DNA of 64,000 nt from Eubacteriales bacterium (GCA_034086705.1 JAXDZV010000006.1:6341-70340); one strand, 5' to 3'; positions 9,271 through 19,367 are shown, counted from the first letter of the stretch. Notes: generated from the sequence alone by a model not told the origin. Translations and numbers: made by a program.

Positions 9271-9578
9271 CTACGTTGCGTCGTATTTTTACGTTGCCGC
9301 TGCGATTCTATCGCAAATATCTTTCACCGCTCAAAGGAACAAGATGTTGTCGGTTTGTGCCGAGTTGTTCCGCTTATGCGATTGAGGCGATCGAGGAGTG
9401 GGGCATTTTTGCAGGCGGCGCGATGGCATTTTGGCGGTTGTTGCGTTGTAATCCGTTTAGCCGGGGTGGGTACGACCCGGTTCCAAAACGAAAGAAAAAA
9501 CGCCTGCAAGGAAACAAAACTACGGAACCGGAAGGTTCAGAAAGGCCTTTGCCGTGTGCGGAGGATAAAAAAGCATGA
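9267..9578 (+). CDS. yidD: membrane protein insertion efficiency factor YidD
   Basis: YRKYLSPLKGTRCCRFVPSCSAYAIEAI...CNPFSRGGYDPVP. ATGA overlap with rnpA. Confidence 0.9.
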   Translation: MTTLRRIFTLPLRFYRKYLSPLKGTRCCRFVPSCSAYAIEAIEEWGIFAGGAMAFWRLLRCNPFSRGGYDPVPKRKKKRLQGNKTTEPEGSERPLPCAEDKKA

Positions 9579-10750
9579 GTATCATTCAATATATTCTTTG
9601 GCCCTTTGGGCAACTGATGCGGCTCTTTTACGAATGGACCGGCAGCTATGCTATTGCGCTGTTGCTGTTTGCGGTTGTCATTAAGATAGTTCTTTTGCCA
9701 TTCGGTATCAAGCAGCAGAAGAATGCGATCAAGCAGGCAAAGCTGCGTCCCAAGGAAATGGCTATTCGCAAAAAATATGCCGGACGGGATGATAAGCCGA
9801 CGCAGAACAAGATGCAGCAGGAAATTATGGAGCTGTACCAAAAGGAAGGTTTCAATCCCATGGGCGGATGTCTGCCGCTGCTGCTGCAGATGCCGATCAT
9901 TGTGATTTTGTATCGGATTGTGTATATGCCATTGACCTATATCTGTCAATGGAGTGCGGAGAGAATTAGTGCATTGCAGGCGACTGCTGAGGCAGCAGGT
10001 CTGCTCGGCGAAGGCGGTAAATGGACCGCACAAGCGGAGATTCAGCTGCTTAGTATGATTAAGAGCAATCCTGCAAGCTTTGATGCGGAAGCAGTACAAT
10101 CACTACCGCAGCTACATTTATTCGGGATAGAAGCGCTCGATCTGAGCGCATCGCCCAGCTTGACGAATTTATCCTGGCTGGTTGCAATTCCGGTACTTGT
10201 ATTTTTGACAACTTTCCTGTCCATGAAGTTGACACGGCGGTTTACATACCAATCGCCGGACCAGGCGGCACAGCAGAACACGCTGTCTATGAAGATTATG
10301 GACTTTGCTATGCCGCTGTTTTCCCTTTGGATTTCATTTTCACTGCCGGCAGCGCTCGGTTTGTACTGGATTTACCAGAGCATTCTTTCTTTTGGGCAGC
10401 AGTATCTGTTGTATAAATTGATGCCTATGCCGCAATTTACGGAAGAAGATTACCGCCGTGCAGAGAAAGAAATGGGTGTCAAGGGGAAAGGTGCGAAAAA
10501 GGCTGCTGACGCAATTCCTGGTGCTGTTCGTTCGCTGCACCATATAGACGATGAAGACTATTTGCCGCCGGTGAACAAAGAGCAGGCCCGTCGGGAAGCT
10601 GCAGCTGAGGAAGAAGCACAAAAGGCGCGGGATGCGGAAAAGCAGGCATCCGATACATCGGAAGGTACTTTGGTGGAAAAGAAAATACCGGATGCTTCCC
10701 CAATTTCCAAAGCGCCGCTGAAAGATGAGCAGGACCGGAGTAACAAATAA
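9575..10750 (+). CDS. yidC: membrane protein insertase YidC/Oxa1 family
   Basis: Synteny after yidD. Motifs KQQKNAIKQAKLRPKEMAIRKKY and GGCLPLLLQMPIIV, with multiple TM segments. Confidence 0.9.
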   Translation: MSIIQYILWPFGQLMRLFYEWTGSYAIALLLFAVVIKIVLLPFGIKQQKNAIKQAKLRPKEMAIRKKYAGRDDKPTQNKMQQEIMELYQKEGFNPMGGCLPLLLQMPIIVILYRIVYMPLTYICQWSAERISALQATAEAAGLLGEGGKWTAQAEIQLLSMIKSNPASFDAEAVQSLPQLHLFGIEALDLSASPSLTNLSWLVAIPVLVFLTTFLSMKLTRRFTYQSPDQAAQQNTLSMKIMDFAMPLFSLWISFSLPAALGLYWIYQSILSFGQQYLLYKLMPMPQFTEEDYRRAEKEMGVKGKGAKKAADAIPGAVRSLHHIDDEDYLPPVNKEQARREAAAEEEAQKARDAEKQASDTSEGTLVEKKIPDASPISKAPLKDEQDRSNK

Positions 10751-10800
10751 GGCGCAACAAAACATGCTGTTTTGCATGTGGACGTCGGAAAGGAATCGTT

Positions 10801-11769
10801 TTGGAGAACAAAGTTGTCGTAAACGCGAAAAGCGTGGAAGAGGCAGTCAGTATCGGTGCCGCACAATTGGGAGTTTCCGCTGAGATGGTGGAGTACACTG
10901 TGCTGGAGGAGGCACGTAAAGGCTTTTTGGGCATGGGTGCAACGCCTGCGCGCGTGGAAGTTATCTATAAGAAGCTAACAGAAAAAAGTGTTGAAAAAGC
11001 GGAAGCTGCAGCGCAGACGTCAAACGCAGATGTTACCCTGGAAACGCAGCCGGCGCTTTGCCTTCTCCGCACCTTGATTGAAGATATGGAGCTCTCCGCA
11101 CAGGCATGCGCGCAGCAGGATGCCGAGGGCACGCTGCACATTGATGTGAACGGAGAAAATGCCGGTGTCTTAATCGGGCATCATGGCGAAACATTGGATG
11201 CACTGCAATATTTGTGTAATTTGGCAGTAAACCCTGTGCAGGAAGAGAAGAATGCACATGCAAAGGTTTCGTTGGATGTAGCGGGGTACCGGGCAAAGCG
11301 GGAAGCGACGCTTCGCGCACTTGCCAGAAGAACGGCGCGCAAAGTGCAGAAATATCACAAGAATATTACATTAGAGCCGATGAATCCCTATGAGCGGCGC
11401 ATTATTCATTCGGAGGTACAAGGAACGAGCGGAGTGACGACATATTCCGTAGGGCAGGGGCCTGCACGCCGCGTGGTTGTTGCACTTGCAGACGGAACGG
11501 TGCCGCAGCAAACGTCGCAGGCAGCATCGAAAAATTCCTGGCAGGATGCACCGCACAACCCGGTGGGACACCGTACGCCGCGTCCCGCGAAGAAGCCTGT
11601 TAAGCAAAAGAGTGTTGCAAGCTACTTCGGCGATGAAGAATATACAGACGACTATATGTTGGACGAAAAAGGTGAGCCGCTTGATATTGCAAAGATTTGC
11701 GGCATTTATGAAGATGATCCGGTGCAGGAAGAAACGACAGCACAGCCGTCCGCGCAGGACAATCCGTAA
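10801..11769 (+). CDS. jag: Jag/KhpB-type RNA-binding protein (Jag_N, KH, R3H)
   Basis: TTG start with a GGAAAGGAA RBS. Jag_N-like N-terminus (AKSVEEAVSIGAAQLGVSAEMVEYTVLEE) and an R3H region (EPMNPYERRIIHSEV). Confidence 0.85.
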   Translation: MENKVVVNAKSVEEAVSIGAAQLGVSAEMVEYTVLEEARKGFLGMGATPARVEVIYKKLTEKSVEKAEAAAQTSNADVTLETQPALCLLRTLIEDMELSAQACAQQDAEGTLHIDVNGENAGVLIGHHGETLDALQYLCNLAVNPVQEEKNAHAKVSLDVAGYRAKREATLRALARRTARKVQKYHKNITLEPMNPYERRIIHSEVQGTSGVTTYSVGQGPARRVVVALADGTVPQQTSQAASKNSWQDAPHNPVGHRTPRPAKKPVKQKSVASYFGDEEYTDDYMLDEKGEPLDIAKICGIYEDDPVQEETTAQPSAQDNP

Positions 11770-11776
11770 AAGTGAA

Positions 11777-11805
11777 ACCGGCCTGTTTTATGCAGGTCGG
11801 TTTTT
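11777..11805 (+). terminator. rho-independent terminator after jag
   Basis: ACCGGCCTG / CAGGTCGGT stem followed by TTTTT. Confidence 0.7.
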
Positions 11806-11822
11806 GACAAAAGGAGGCAAAT

Positions 11823-12509
11823 ATGGAAGGAATCAACAAAAAGCGCATTCCCCTGCGACAGCGTAAGTTGCCCGCATATACCAAGGGAGAAGAAATATTC
11901 AATATGGCAAGCCATGCTGCCGGCGGCGGGATAGCGATTGCTATTTTAGTGCTGTGTGTGATACGCGCAGCGTTGCGCGATAATGTGTGGGGGGTTGTGG
12001 GTGCTGCAATTTACGGTGGTACCATGGTTATAATGTTCACTGTTTCCGCTGTATATCACGGTCTGCGTCCTAATTTGGGAAAAAAGGTGATGCAGGTGAT
12101 AGATCATTGCGATATCTATTTTCTGATTGCCGGAACCTATACGCCCATTTTGCTGAGCGCTGTGCGGCCGGTTCACCCGTTTGTGGCATGGACGGTATTT
12201 GGAGTTGAGTGGGGGCTGGTTTTTCTCGCAGCAACGCTGACTGCAATTGATTTGAAAAAATACGAAAAGCTTTCCATGTGTTGTTATTTGGGCCTGGGAT
12301 GGTGCATTATTCTCTGCTTAAAACAGACGATTGAGGCCATTGGCTGGGGCGGCTTCCTTTGGATTTTGGGCGGCGGAATAGCTTTTACGATTGGTGCTGT
12401 TTTATATCGCGTGGGCAGACGGATACGGTATATGCATTCCGTATTTCACTTATTCATTATTTTAGGTTGCGTTTTGCAATTTTTCGGAATTCTTTTTTAT
12501 TGCTTGTAA
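11823..12509 (+). CDS. hemolysin III / PAQR family membrane protein
   Basis: Seven hydrophobic segments. N-terminus YTKGEEIFNMASHAAGGGIAI and motif SVFHLFIILG are typical of the family. Confidence 0.85.
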   Translation: MEGINKKRIPLRQRKLPAYTKGEEIFNMASHAAGGGIAIAILVLCVIRAALRDNVWGVVGAAIYGGTMVIMFTVSAVYHGLRPNLGKKVMQVIDHCDIYFLIAGTYTPILLSAVRPVHPFVAWTVFGVEWGLVFLAATLTAIDLKKYEKLSMCCYLGLGWCIILCLKQTIEAIGWGGFLWILGGGIAFTIGAVLYRVGRRIRYMHSVFHLFIILGCVLQFFGILFYCL

Positions 12510-12522
12510 TATATGCTCTTAC

Positions 12523-12571
12523 AAAAATCCTCTGCAAAGATGGCTTCTTTCCGGCTTTGCAGAGGATTTTT
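12523..12571. terminator. bidirectional terminator between convergent genes
   Basis: Perfect 17-bp stem AAAAATCCTCTGCAAAG / CTTTGCAGAGGATTTTT with A/T runs on both sides. Confidence 0.8.
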
Positions 12572-12574
12572 ATA

Positions 12575-13867
12575 TCATTGTTTTGTAGCCGCGCAAGCAT
12601 CTGGATTTGGGTGATACCAGAGATTTCCCCCTTCATCACGCTGTAGACGGAGGGCGGGTAACGGTGTTGGAAAAAGTAATCTGTAAAACCGGTCTGCCCG
12701 AGATGTGACGGTGTGCTGCGCCTGTGCTTGCGCCGGCAAAAGACGAATATGCGCCTCTTTGGAAAGCACGGGAATGTGTATACGTGCTTTGGCATGGTGC
12801 AGATATGATAAGCCGCGTGCGGTTGCTGCTTCCAGGCGAACATATCCTACGTCCTGTGTCGGCATATCTTTGGGAATGCCAAAAGCTGCACAAAGACACA
12901 TACGCCGTAGATGCGCAGCTGTATATTTTCTGTGAGCTGCACGCTTTAAAAATTCCTGCATGGAATTTGCCGTGTATGCTGCCTGCTGCAGCCGTGCACC
13001 CATCCCATGCGGAATATCGGCATAGCTTTCCAGTTCTTGCGCGTCCATGCCGGAAAGGCAAAACAACAATGCACTATCTGCGCGTGTTGGTTCTGCAGCG
13101 AACCCGCTGCGCTGCCAGGCAGTATAGAGCTTTGCGCAATCATCCGGACAGCCAGACAGCACCTTGTCCTTGTCGGCGCAGCGCAGCGCGGCACGAAGTG
13201 CTGTGGCAGAACAGACAGTTTGCCCGTCTGCTGCAGTGTATAAAGCAGACGCATCGTGTTGTGCTGCAATACGAGGAAACACGAGTGTGCGCAGATGGTA
13301 CTGCGCGGTATAGTGCAGATACTCCAATGCCAGTATATTGTTCGGTGCACAGAGGATGTCCCTGTCGGCATCGCCATATAATGATTGATATAGGGCTTGC
13401 CGACGAGCTGCATATCCAACCCCGTCATGGCTGTCTATCAAAGATGCACGCAGCTTTGCTTCAAAGTCTGCCGCGTGGAGTCGGTGGGAAACAGTTGACA
13501 GACGCTGTATGTCAGGAGTTTCTGCTCCGAAGAAGAGCAACTGTGCCCCCATATGCGCTGCAACCTGTACTCCTGCACGTGCAAACTGTGTGGCCGGGGT
13601 GAGAGAGAACGGCAGCGGCAGCGTGACGACCAGATCCACGCCATGTAGGATTGCTGCTTTAGCACGCAGCACTGCGGGGAAATGGGCAGGCTCTGCCCTC
13701 TGTACAAAATTTCCGCTCATCACGGCAAGGATAACGGCGTTTGGAACTGCCTGCCGCAGCATGGCAAGTTGCATGGCGTGCCCGGTATGAAAAGGATTAT
13801 ACTCGCAAATAAGGGCGCAAAGCTGTATATCGGGCGCATCCGGCAAAAGAGGCTGTATAACAGGCAT
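12575..13867 (-). CDS. tmcAL: tRNA(Met) cytidine acetate ligase (YlbM/UPF0348 nucleotidyltransferase family)
   Basis: N-terminal hallmark ICEYNPFHTGHAMQL. Confidence 0.8.
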   Translation of the reverse strand: MPVIQPLLPDAPDIQLCALICEYNPFHTGHAMQLAMLRQAVPNAVILAVMSGNFVQRAEPAHFPAVLRAKAAILHGVDLVVTLPLPFSLTPATQFARAGVQVAAHMGAQLLFFGAETPDIQRLSTVSHRLHAADFEAKLRASLIDSHDGVGYAARRQALYQSLYGDADRDILCAPNNILALEYLHYTAQYHLRTLVFPRIAAQHDASALYTAADGQTVCSATALRAALRCADKDKVLSGCPDDCAKLYTAWQRSGFAAEPTRADSALLFCLSGMDAQELESYADIPHGMGARLQQAAYTANSMQEFLKRAAHRKYTAAHLRRMCLCAAFGIPKDMPTQDVGYVRLEAATARGLSYLHHAKARIHIPVLSKEAHIRLLPAQAQAQHTVTSRADRFYRLLFPTPLPALRLQRDEGGNLWYHPNPDACAATKQ

Positions 13868-13872
13868 GGAGG

Positions 13873-14856
13873 TTATTGTTTTGGCGGCGTTTCGTCCTGT
13901 GGATTCAATTGCTGTGTGCAGGAGGATACAGTGGTGGAAGCTGTTTGGATGTTGCCTACAGAGACGGAGCTGTGTTTTTGCCGACGCTTACGGCATCCGC
14001 GCAATATGCCTCGAATGATCAGCCAAATGCACAATGCTATGATTGCAAGCACCAAGAAATACGGAATAGCGCTGACGAAAAATACAAAGAAATCGCAAAC
14101 GCCTTCCCATACGTCGGACAGATTCTCCACAAACTGTCTTCCGATTTTGTGAAAACGACCTTCTTCTTCCACAACGCTGACTCTCTCAACTTCTTCAACA
14201 GAGAGTTCTATAGTGGCGTATGCAATTTGATTGTCTAATGTGCGCAGCTGTGCTGTATAGGACTCAATGTCGGCATTGATTTGTGTGAGGCGGTCACGGA
14301 TTTCCAAGATAGATGTAAGACTGTCTGCGTCCGCAAGCAGCTGGAGAAGGCTTTCCTGCTCGGTACGCAACACGGTCAATCTGCTTTCAACATCCACATA
14401 CTCTAATGTGACATCCTCAACTTGTTCTGTTTTCCGGCATAATGTGCCGATGGATTGTATGCTTTGCAAAAAATTGTCTAGCTGTTCTGCAGGCACGCGC
14501 AGAGTATAGAAAGCCTGTCGCCGGGTGTTTCGTGTCTGTAGAGAACTGGAGGCAATATATCCATCATATTCTGACAGACTGGTGGTGAGAGACTGCACGA
14601 AAGGGTCTAGCTCTGTAGTTTCCATTCCAATTGTCAATTGACGAATCAGTTTGCGGTCTTGCGGCAGCGTGGTGGACAAATCAGAAGTGAGCATTTCTGA
14701 CAATTCAGAAGATTGTGTTTTGTTAAAATCCAATGTTGCTCCCTCGTCATCATAAAGATCTGGGTCGGAAACAACGCTGCTTGTTCCGCAGCCACAAAAC
14801 AGCATAGATAGCAGAATGGCGCAGAGCAGTGCCGAGATAATTTTGTTTCTGTGCAT
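13873..14856 (-). CDS. DUF4349-like lipoprotein with C-terminal TM anchors
   Basis: Trimmed to ATG 14856 (GAGG RBS). Lipobox LFCGC, a coiled-coil-like core (YVDVESRLTVLRTEQESLLQLL...QLRTLDNQIAYATIELSVEEV) and a C-terminal hydrophobic tail. Confidence 0.75.
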   Translation of the reverse strand: MHRNKIISALLCAILLSMLFCGCGTSSVVSDPDLYDDEGATLDFNKTQSSELSEMLTSDLSTTLPQDRKLIRQLTIGMETTELDPFVQSLTTSLSEYDGYIASSSLQTRNTRRQAFYTLRVPAEQLDNFLQSIQSIGTLCRKTEQVEDVTLEYVDVESRLTVLRTEQESLLQLLADADSLTSILEIRDRLTQINADIESYTAQLRTLDNQIAYATIELSVEEVERVSVVEEEGRFHKIGRQFVENLSDVWEGVCDFFVFFVSAIPYFLVLAIIALCIWLIIRGILRGCRKRRQKHSSVSVGNIQTASTTVSSCTQQLNPQDETPPKQ

Positions 14857-14986
14857 TACACAATACCTCACTTTCAATTCGGACTTTTCAGCCTTATGAT
14901 ATCTTAATTATAACAAAAGATATTGCAAAATGCAAGACCTCGTCTTTGTGCGAAGAAGGCATCTGGGAATAAAAAGGCCGGGGCTC

Positions 14987-15015
14987 TTGCAGTAAGGCAA
15001 AAAATGTGGTATGCT
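14987..15015 (+). promoter_or_regulatory. sigma-70-type promoter
   Basis: TTGCAG, a 17-nt spacer, then TATGCT with a TGG extended -10. Confidence 0.4.
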
Positions 15016-15054
15016 GAAACAACCGAAGATCTTTACTGCAAAGGAGACAAAGGA

Positions 15055-17241
15055 ATGACTCAACCGTATGCGTTCAGGCGGGAAATGGAATTACACCGCA
15101 AAGGCTGCTGCACCGGAAAGTGTGCCCCTGTGGAGGGGCAGATGCGGATTAGTGGTCGCTATGAGATTGTTATGCCGAAAACAGACAGCCGCGTACTTTC
15201 ATATGCTGCGCGAGACCTTTGCCGTTTTTTTGCAGATTGTGCCAATTTATATTTACGCGTACGGTACACCACGAATTTGGAAAAGGAGCTGATGCACCCT
15301 CAGAACAAAATTTTGCTTTCCGAGCAGCCGCTTGCGGCGTATCCGGTGCAAAGCGACCGTGCCGGCGCATATTATCTGCAAGTAGCACAGAATCATATCA
15401 TTATCAGTGGCAAAACGGATCGCGGCTGCGCACAGGGCGTGTATTATCTGGAGGACCAGATGAAATTGGTCGGTGCGCCGATTTTGGCCTTAGAAGGAAC
15501 GGAACATGCACCGCTTTTTTCACCGCGGATGACACATTCCGGCTATGAACTGGACATTTTTCCTGATAGCTTTCTGGAGGCAGCAGCGCATGCCGGTATG
15601 GATGCAATTTTAGTATATGCCGGCCATCCGGACAGCCATCTACATGGATTTTCAGATCCGGATGCCTTGTGGCCTGATTCGAAAATGGGTCTTTGCGACT
15701 ACGCAACGCTGTGTTACCGGGCTGCGGGATATGGCCTGGATGTATATGTTTACAGCCACATGAAGTGCGATATGCATCCCTCTGAGGAGGGGGCACGTGC
15801 ATATTATGAGGCATCTTTTGGAGAATTGATGCGTAAAGCACCGGAAATTGCAGGTTTTATTTTGGTTGGAGAAACATTTGAATTTCCGTCCAAAGATCCG
15901 CATACCTGTGGTGTTCGCTTTCAAAAAAAAGCGCCGGATGAAACGAAGCCCTCACCAGGGTGGTATCCGTGCGCAGACTATCCGGACTTGTTGCGTCTGA
16001 TCGGTGAAGTGGTGCATGCTGTCAATCCAAAGACAGAGCTTGTTTTTTGGTCGTATAACTGGGGCTGGGTGGACAAACAGGCCCGGCAGGCAATCATCCG
16101 CGCACTGCCGCGGGGAACAACACTGCTTGTCACCTTTGACATGTGGGAGACATATCGCAATGAGCTTGGCAGAACCACGAGAATCGACGATTATTCCATT
16201 TCCATATGCGGCCCTTCCAGTGTATTTTGCGATGAGGCAGATCAAGCGAAGAAATGCGGTATCAAGCTCTATGCAATGACGAATACGGGTGGCAGGACTT
16301 GGGATTGCGGCATAGCGCCATATATTCCCGTGCCGGGGCAATGGATAGATAGATATGCGGCAATGCGGCGCTGTGTTACCGAATACGGTTTGTGCGGGGT
16401 GATGGAGAATCATCATTATGGATGGATGCCGTCGTTTTTGACGCTGCTTGCCAAAAATGCGTTTGACAGTGCAGGATTGGACGATAGGCAGATGCTGCAC
16501 CGCATCGCACGCCGCGATTACAAAGCGGGTGCGCCGCTGGCCTTACAGGCTTGGGCGTGTTTTGATCGCGGCATTCGCCGTATCGTTGCCTGTGAAACAG
16601 ATCAATACGGCCCTCTGCGTGCGGGTCCTTCTTACCCGTTGCTGTTTGACCAAACGGCGGAAGAAATTCATTTCCCTGCACCGCGCTATGCATGGCATCC
16701 GGGAGGAGGTATTTGGTTTTATCCATATCCCGACACAGTATTGGACGATCCGCAAATATCTATATTTCGGTTAAACCGGATGCAGGAAGTTTTGCAGGAA
16801 TTTCGGCAAGGAAACGAGCTACTACGGAATGCTGCAGCTACGTTGCGCGGGGAACGGCGGCAAGAAGCTGTACGCCAGGCGGCAGTCAGTGGCATTCTTG
16901 CATGTACGTTTCAAACAGCGCTTCATGTCATGCGGTGGAATATTGCGCTACGACTGTTTCGTGCGCTGCCATCCCTTCCGGCGTGTGCACAGCAGCTTGC
17001 ATCTGCATTGGGCTTATCGGTGCCTTTATCTTGGCAGGTGTTGGGGGAATATATGATTGCGGTTGCGCAGGCCGAGACCAAAAATGTGCGTGCAGCACTT
17101 GCTTGTTACCGGGCAAACAGTTTGGTTGGATATGAAGCTTCGATGGAATATGCATTTAATGACGCTTGTGCTGCTTATAAAAATAAATTGACACAGCAAT
17201 CTTTGCGACAGTTACGTCGTGCTATACGGCTGAAAACTTAA
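15055..17241 (+). CDS. large uncharacterised cytoplasmic protein, possibly glycoside-hydrolase-like
   Basis: Track ORF trimmed to ATG 15055 (AAGGAGA RBS). 728 aa with no signal peptide. The N-terminal segment GKTDRGCAQGVYYLEDQMKL resembles the N-domain of GH20/GH67/GH115-type enzymes. Function is not established. Confidence 0.55.
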   Translation: MTQPYAFRREMELHRKGCCTGKCAPVEGQMRISGRYEIVMPKTDSRVLSYAARDLCRFFADCANLYLRVRYTTNLEKELMHPQNKILLSEQPLAAYPVQSDRAGAYYLQVAQNHIIISGKTDRGCAQGVYYLEDQMKLVGAPILALEGTEHAPLFSPRMTHSGYELDIFPDSFLEAAAHAGMDAILVYAGHPDSHLHGFSDPDALWPDSKMGLCDYATLCYRAAGYGLDVYVYSHMKCDMHPSEEGARAYYEASFGELMRKAPEIAGFILVGETFEFPSKDPHTCGVRFQKKAPDETKPSPGWYPCADYPDLLRLIGEVVHAVNPKTELVFWSYNWGWVDKQARQAIIRALPRGTTLLVTFDMWETYRNELGRTTRIDDYSISICGPSSVFCDEADQAKKCGIKLYAMTNTGGRTWDCGIAPYIPVPGQWIDRYAAMRRCVTEYGLCGVMENHHYGWMPSFLTLLAKNAFDSAGLDDRQMLHRIARRDYKAGAPLALQAWACFDRGIRRIVACETDQYGPLRAGPSYPLLFDQTAEEIHFPAPRYAWHPGGGIWFYPYPDTVLDDPQISIFRLNRMQEVLQEFRQGNELLRNAAATLRGERRQEAVRQAAVSGILACTFQTALHVMRWNIALRLFRALPSLPACAQQLASALGLSVPLSWQVLGEYMIAVAQAETKNVRAALACYRANSLVGYEASMEYAFNDACAAYKNKLTQQSLRQLRRAIRLKT

Positions 17242-17262
17242 AAAACAGATACCAAGCGCTTT

Positions 17263-17298
17263 GCGCCGGACAGTAAGTCCGGCGCACTTCTTTTTTTT
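17263..17298 (+). terminator. rho-independent terminator
   Basis: GCGCCGGAC / GTCCGGCGC stem, then a T8 run. Confidence 0.8.
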
Positions 17299-17531
17299 GT
17301 ATGGTATTTCATATACTGCTTTTGAAGCTGCGATAGTAATTCCGTTTGGAATTTGTAAATGATTTTTTTGGCAATTGTTTGAGAAGGCACAGACGCAGCT
17401 GTAAGGAGCTTGCATAACCCCTTACAGTGGAGATAACAATTTTTCGGGAAGGCGCTAAAATATCCTTTTTTTGGCAATCATATTCGATGTAGAAAGAAAA
17501 ACAGGCGGTATGCCGATAGATGGAGGAAACA

Positions 17532-18668
17532 ATGAAACATGCATTCTGTTATTTTGCGTTGTTGACTGCCGCATTGTTGGTTTTGCCGACAGTGGTGGCG
17601 CTACGTTTTCTGCCTGCACCGGTATCTGCGGTGCAAGTACCCGTTGATACACAACAGGCACATATAACCTCACAAACAACGGAACAAGCAGAATTACAGC
17701 CGGCAGAAAAGGTTGAACTGCAAACAGCCGAATCAGCTGCAATGCAAGATCAGGCAAAGAGCGAGCAGACATCGCAGAAGCAAGAACAAATGCAGTTGCA
17801 ACCGCAGCAGCAAGCACAAGCTCCGGATGTGCAAGCTGCGCAAGAGCCATGTGCAACGGAATCACTTGTGGTAACGGTACAGTGCGGGGAGCAAGTTATG
17901 TGCATGCCGTTGGAGGAATATGTATATCATGTGACGCTTGCAGAGGTTCCTGCGTCCTTTTCGCCACAGGCATTGCGTGCATGTGCAGTTGCAGTTCGCA
18001 GCTACGCATTGTACAAGCTGTTGCATAGCTCGGACGCAGCGCATGCCGGCGCGCAGCTCTGCACAGAAAGCAGACATTGCATGGCGTTTTCCGCATCTAC
18101 AGAGCAAGGAGAGGAAACTCCCGTTTTGGATGCTTGCGAGGCAACGCGCGGAGAAGTTGTATTATATCAAGGGCAGCTGTGCCAAACTTTTTTCTTCGCA
18201 ATGAGCTGCGGATATACAGCAGATTGCTCGCATGTCTTTTCTGCACAAAGGCCCTATCTTGTACCTGTTCGTTCCCCGGAAACGGAGGAAATTCCGGGTT
18301 TTTTAAGTACTGTGCAGATGACGCGCGAGGAACTATTGTATGCTTTGCAGCAAAATGGCTACTGTCCTTCGGATCCAACGGCACCGATTGTACTTGATCG
18401 GGATATGCAAGGGTACGTTTTGTCCTTTTCAATTTCCGACGTTACATTGAGCGGCACGGCGGCACGTCTGTGTTTCGGGCTTCGCTCTTCCAGCTTTGAT
18501 TGTGAACAGACGGGAGAGAAGATCACCTTTTTTGTGCGCGGCTATGGGCATGGTGTCGGGCTTTCACAGCAGGGAGCGGAGCTTTTAGCACGGGAAGGAA
18601 TGGCATATATGCAGATTTTACAACACTATTACACGGGGACAACAATTAAAAGGTGGGCGGGTGAGTGA
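17532..18668 (+). CDS. spoIID: SpoIID/LytB domain protein (stage II sporulation protein D-like)
   Basis: ATG 17532 follows GGAGG. Signal/TM segment, a Q-rich linker, then the SpoIID core (AVAVRSYALYKL, ATRGEVVLYQG, GYGHGVGLSQQGA). Confidence 0.85.
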   Translation: MKHAFCYFALLTAALLVLPTVVALRFLPAPVSAVQVPVDTQQAHITSQTTEQAELQPAEKVELQTAESAAMQDQAKSEQTSQKQEQMQLQPQQQAQAPDVQAAQEPCATESLVVTVQCGEQVMCMPLEEYVYHVTLAEVPASFSPQALRACAVAVRSYALYKLLHSSDAAHAGAQLCTESRHCMAFSASTEQGEETPVLDACEATRGEVVLYQGQLCQTFFFAMSCGYTADCSHVFSAQRPYLVPVRSPETEEIPGFLSTVQMTREELLYALQQNGYCPSDPTAPIVLDRDMQGYVLSFSISDVTLSGTAARLCFGLRSSSFDCEQTGEKITFFVRGYGHGVGLSQQGAELLAREGMAYMQILQHYYTGTTIKRWAGE

Positions 18669-18695
18669 CAGACGGCTGGCAGCGGGTGACAGCGG

Positions 18696-19367
18696 TTGAC
18701 AGGCAGTTGGTTTTGTGCTATATTACAGATACGACAATGGAAAGGAAGCTCCGCAGGAGCTTTGGTTGAAACCGTGAAAGAGAAAACAAAACAAGGAATC
18801 CGGCTGCCGGTGCTGATTACGCTGCATTCCGTGCAGCTCCGCACGGACACGGTGCTGTCGTTGTTTTCCGAGGCATTAACAAAGGAATCGCTTGCGGCAA
18901 TCACGCCGCAGATGTTACAGCAGGTTGAAAAGGGAGAAGCAAACTGCATGCTGCGTGGGGAACTGACAGAGCAAAACGGCACGATAACGCTTAGTTATGA
19001 CGAGCCGGTTGAAAACGGTATGGGGGCAACGCACACACAGGTAGTTTTTGACATTGATTTGCCTGGCAGGGTCACGGTATTGCGCAGCGGGGCACTGTCA
19101 ATGGCCATGGTATTTGAAGAAGGAAAGCGACATGTGAGTTTTTACAGTACAGACATGTTTTCGTTTGAGGTTTGTACGGTGACGGCGCAACTGCGGAATG
19201 CGCTTACACTTTGCGGCGGCGTTCTGGATTTAGCATATTTTGTGGAAATTCGAGGGGCGGATATGGAACATACACGCCTTTGTATACAGGTAGAGCCGTG
19301 TCAGGAAGATTGTGTGACATCGTCGTATTCAAAAACGATTGACCAGACAGAGGAGACACAGGGATGA
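18696..19367 (+). CDS. DUF1934 (YwiB-like) domain protein
   Basis: The pattern GTITLSYDE...VTVLRSGALSMAMVFEEGKRHVSFYSTDMFSFEV...LDLAYFVEIRG matches the DUF1934 beta-barrel layout. The true start is probably internal (TTG 18762 or GTG 18774). Confidence 0.6.
   Translation: MTGSWFCAILQIRQWKGSSAGALVETVKEKTKQGIRLPVLITLHSVQLRTDTVLSLFSEALTKESLAAITPQMLQQVEKGEANCMLRGELTEQNGTITLSYDEPVENGMGATHTQVVFDIDLPGRVTVLRSGALSMAMVFEEGKRHVSFYSTDMFSFEVCTVTAQLRNALTLCGGVLDLAYFVEIRGADMEHTRLCIQVEPCQEDCVTSSYSKTIDQTEETQG

Noticed and set aside
17640-17830. A glutamine-rich, repeat-like stretch that might have been a DNA tandem repeat.
   Set aside because: It is a low-complexity Q/E/A linker within the SpoIID-like protein, and there is no exact nucleotide periodicity.
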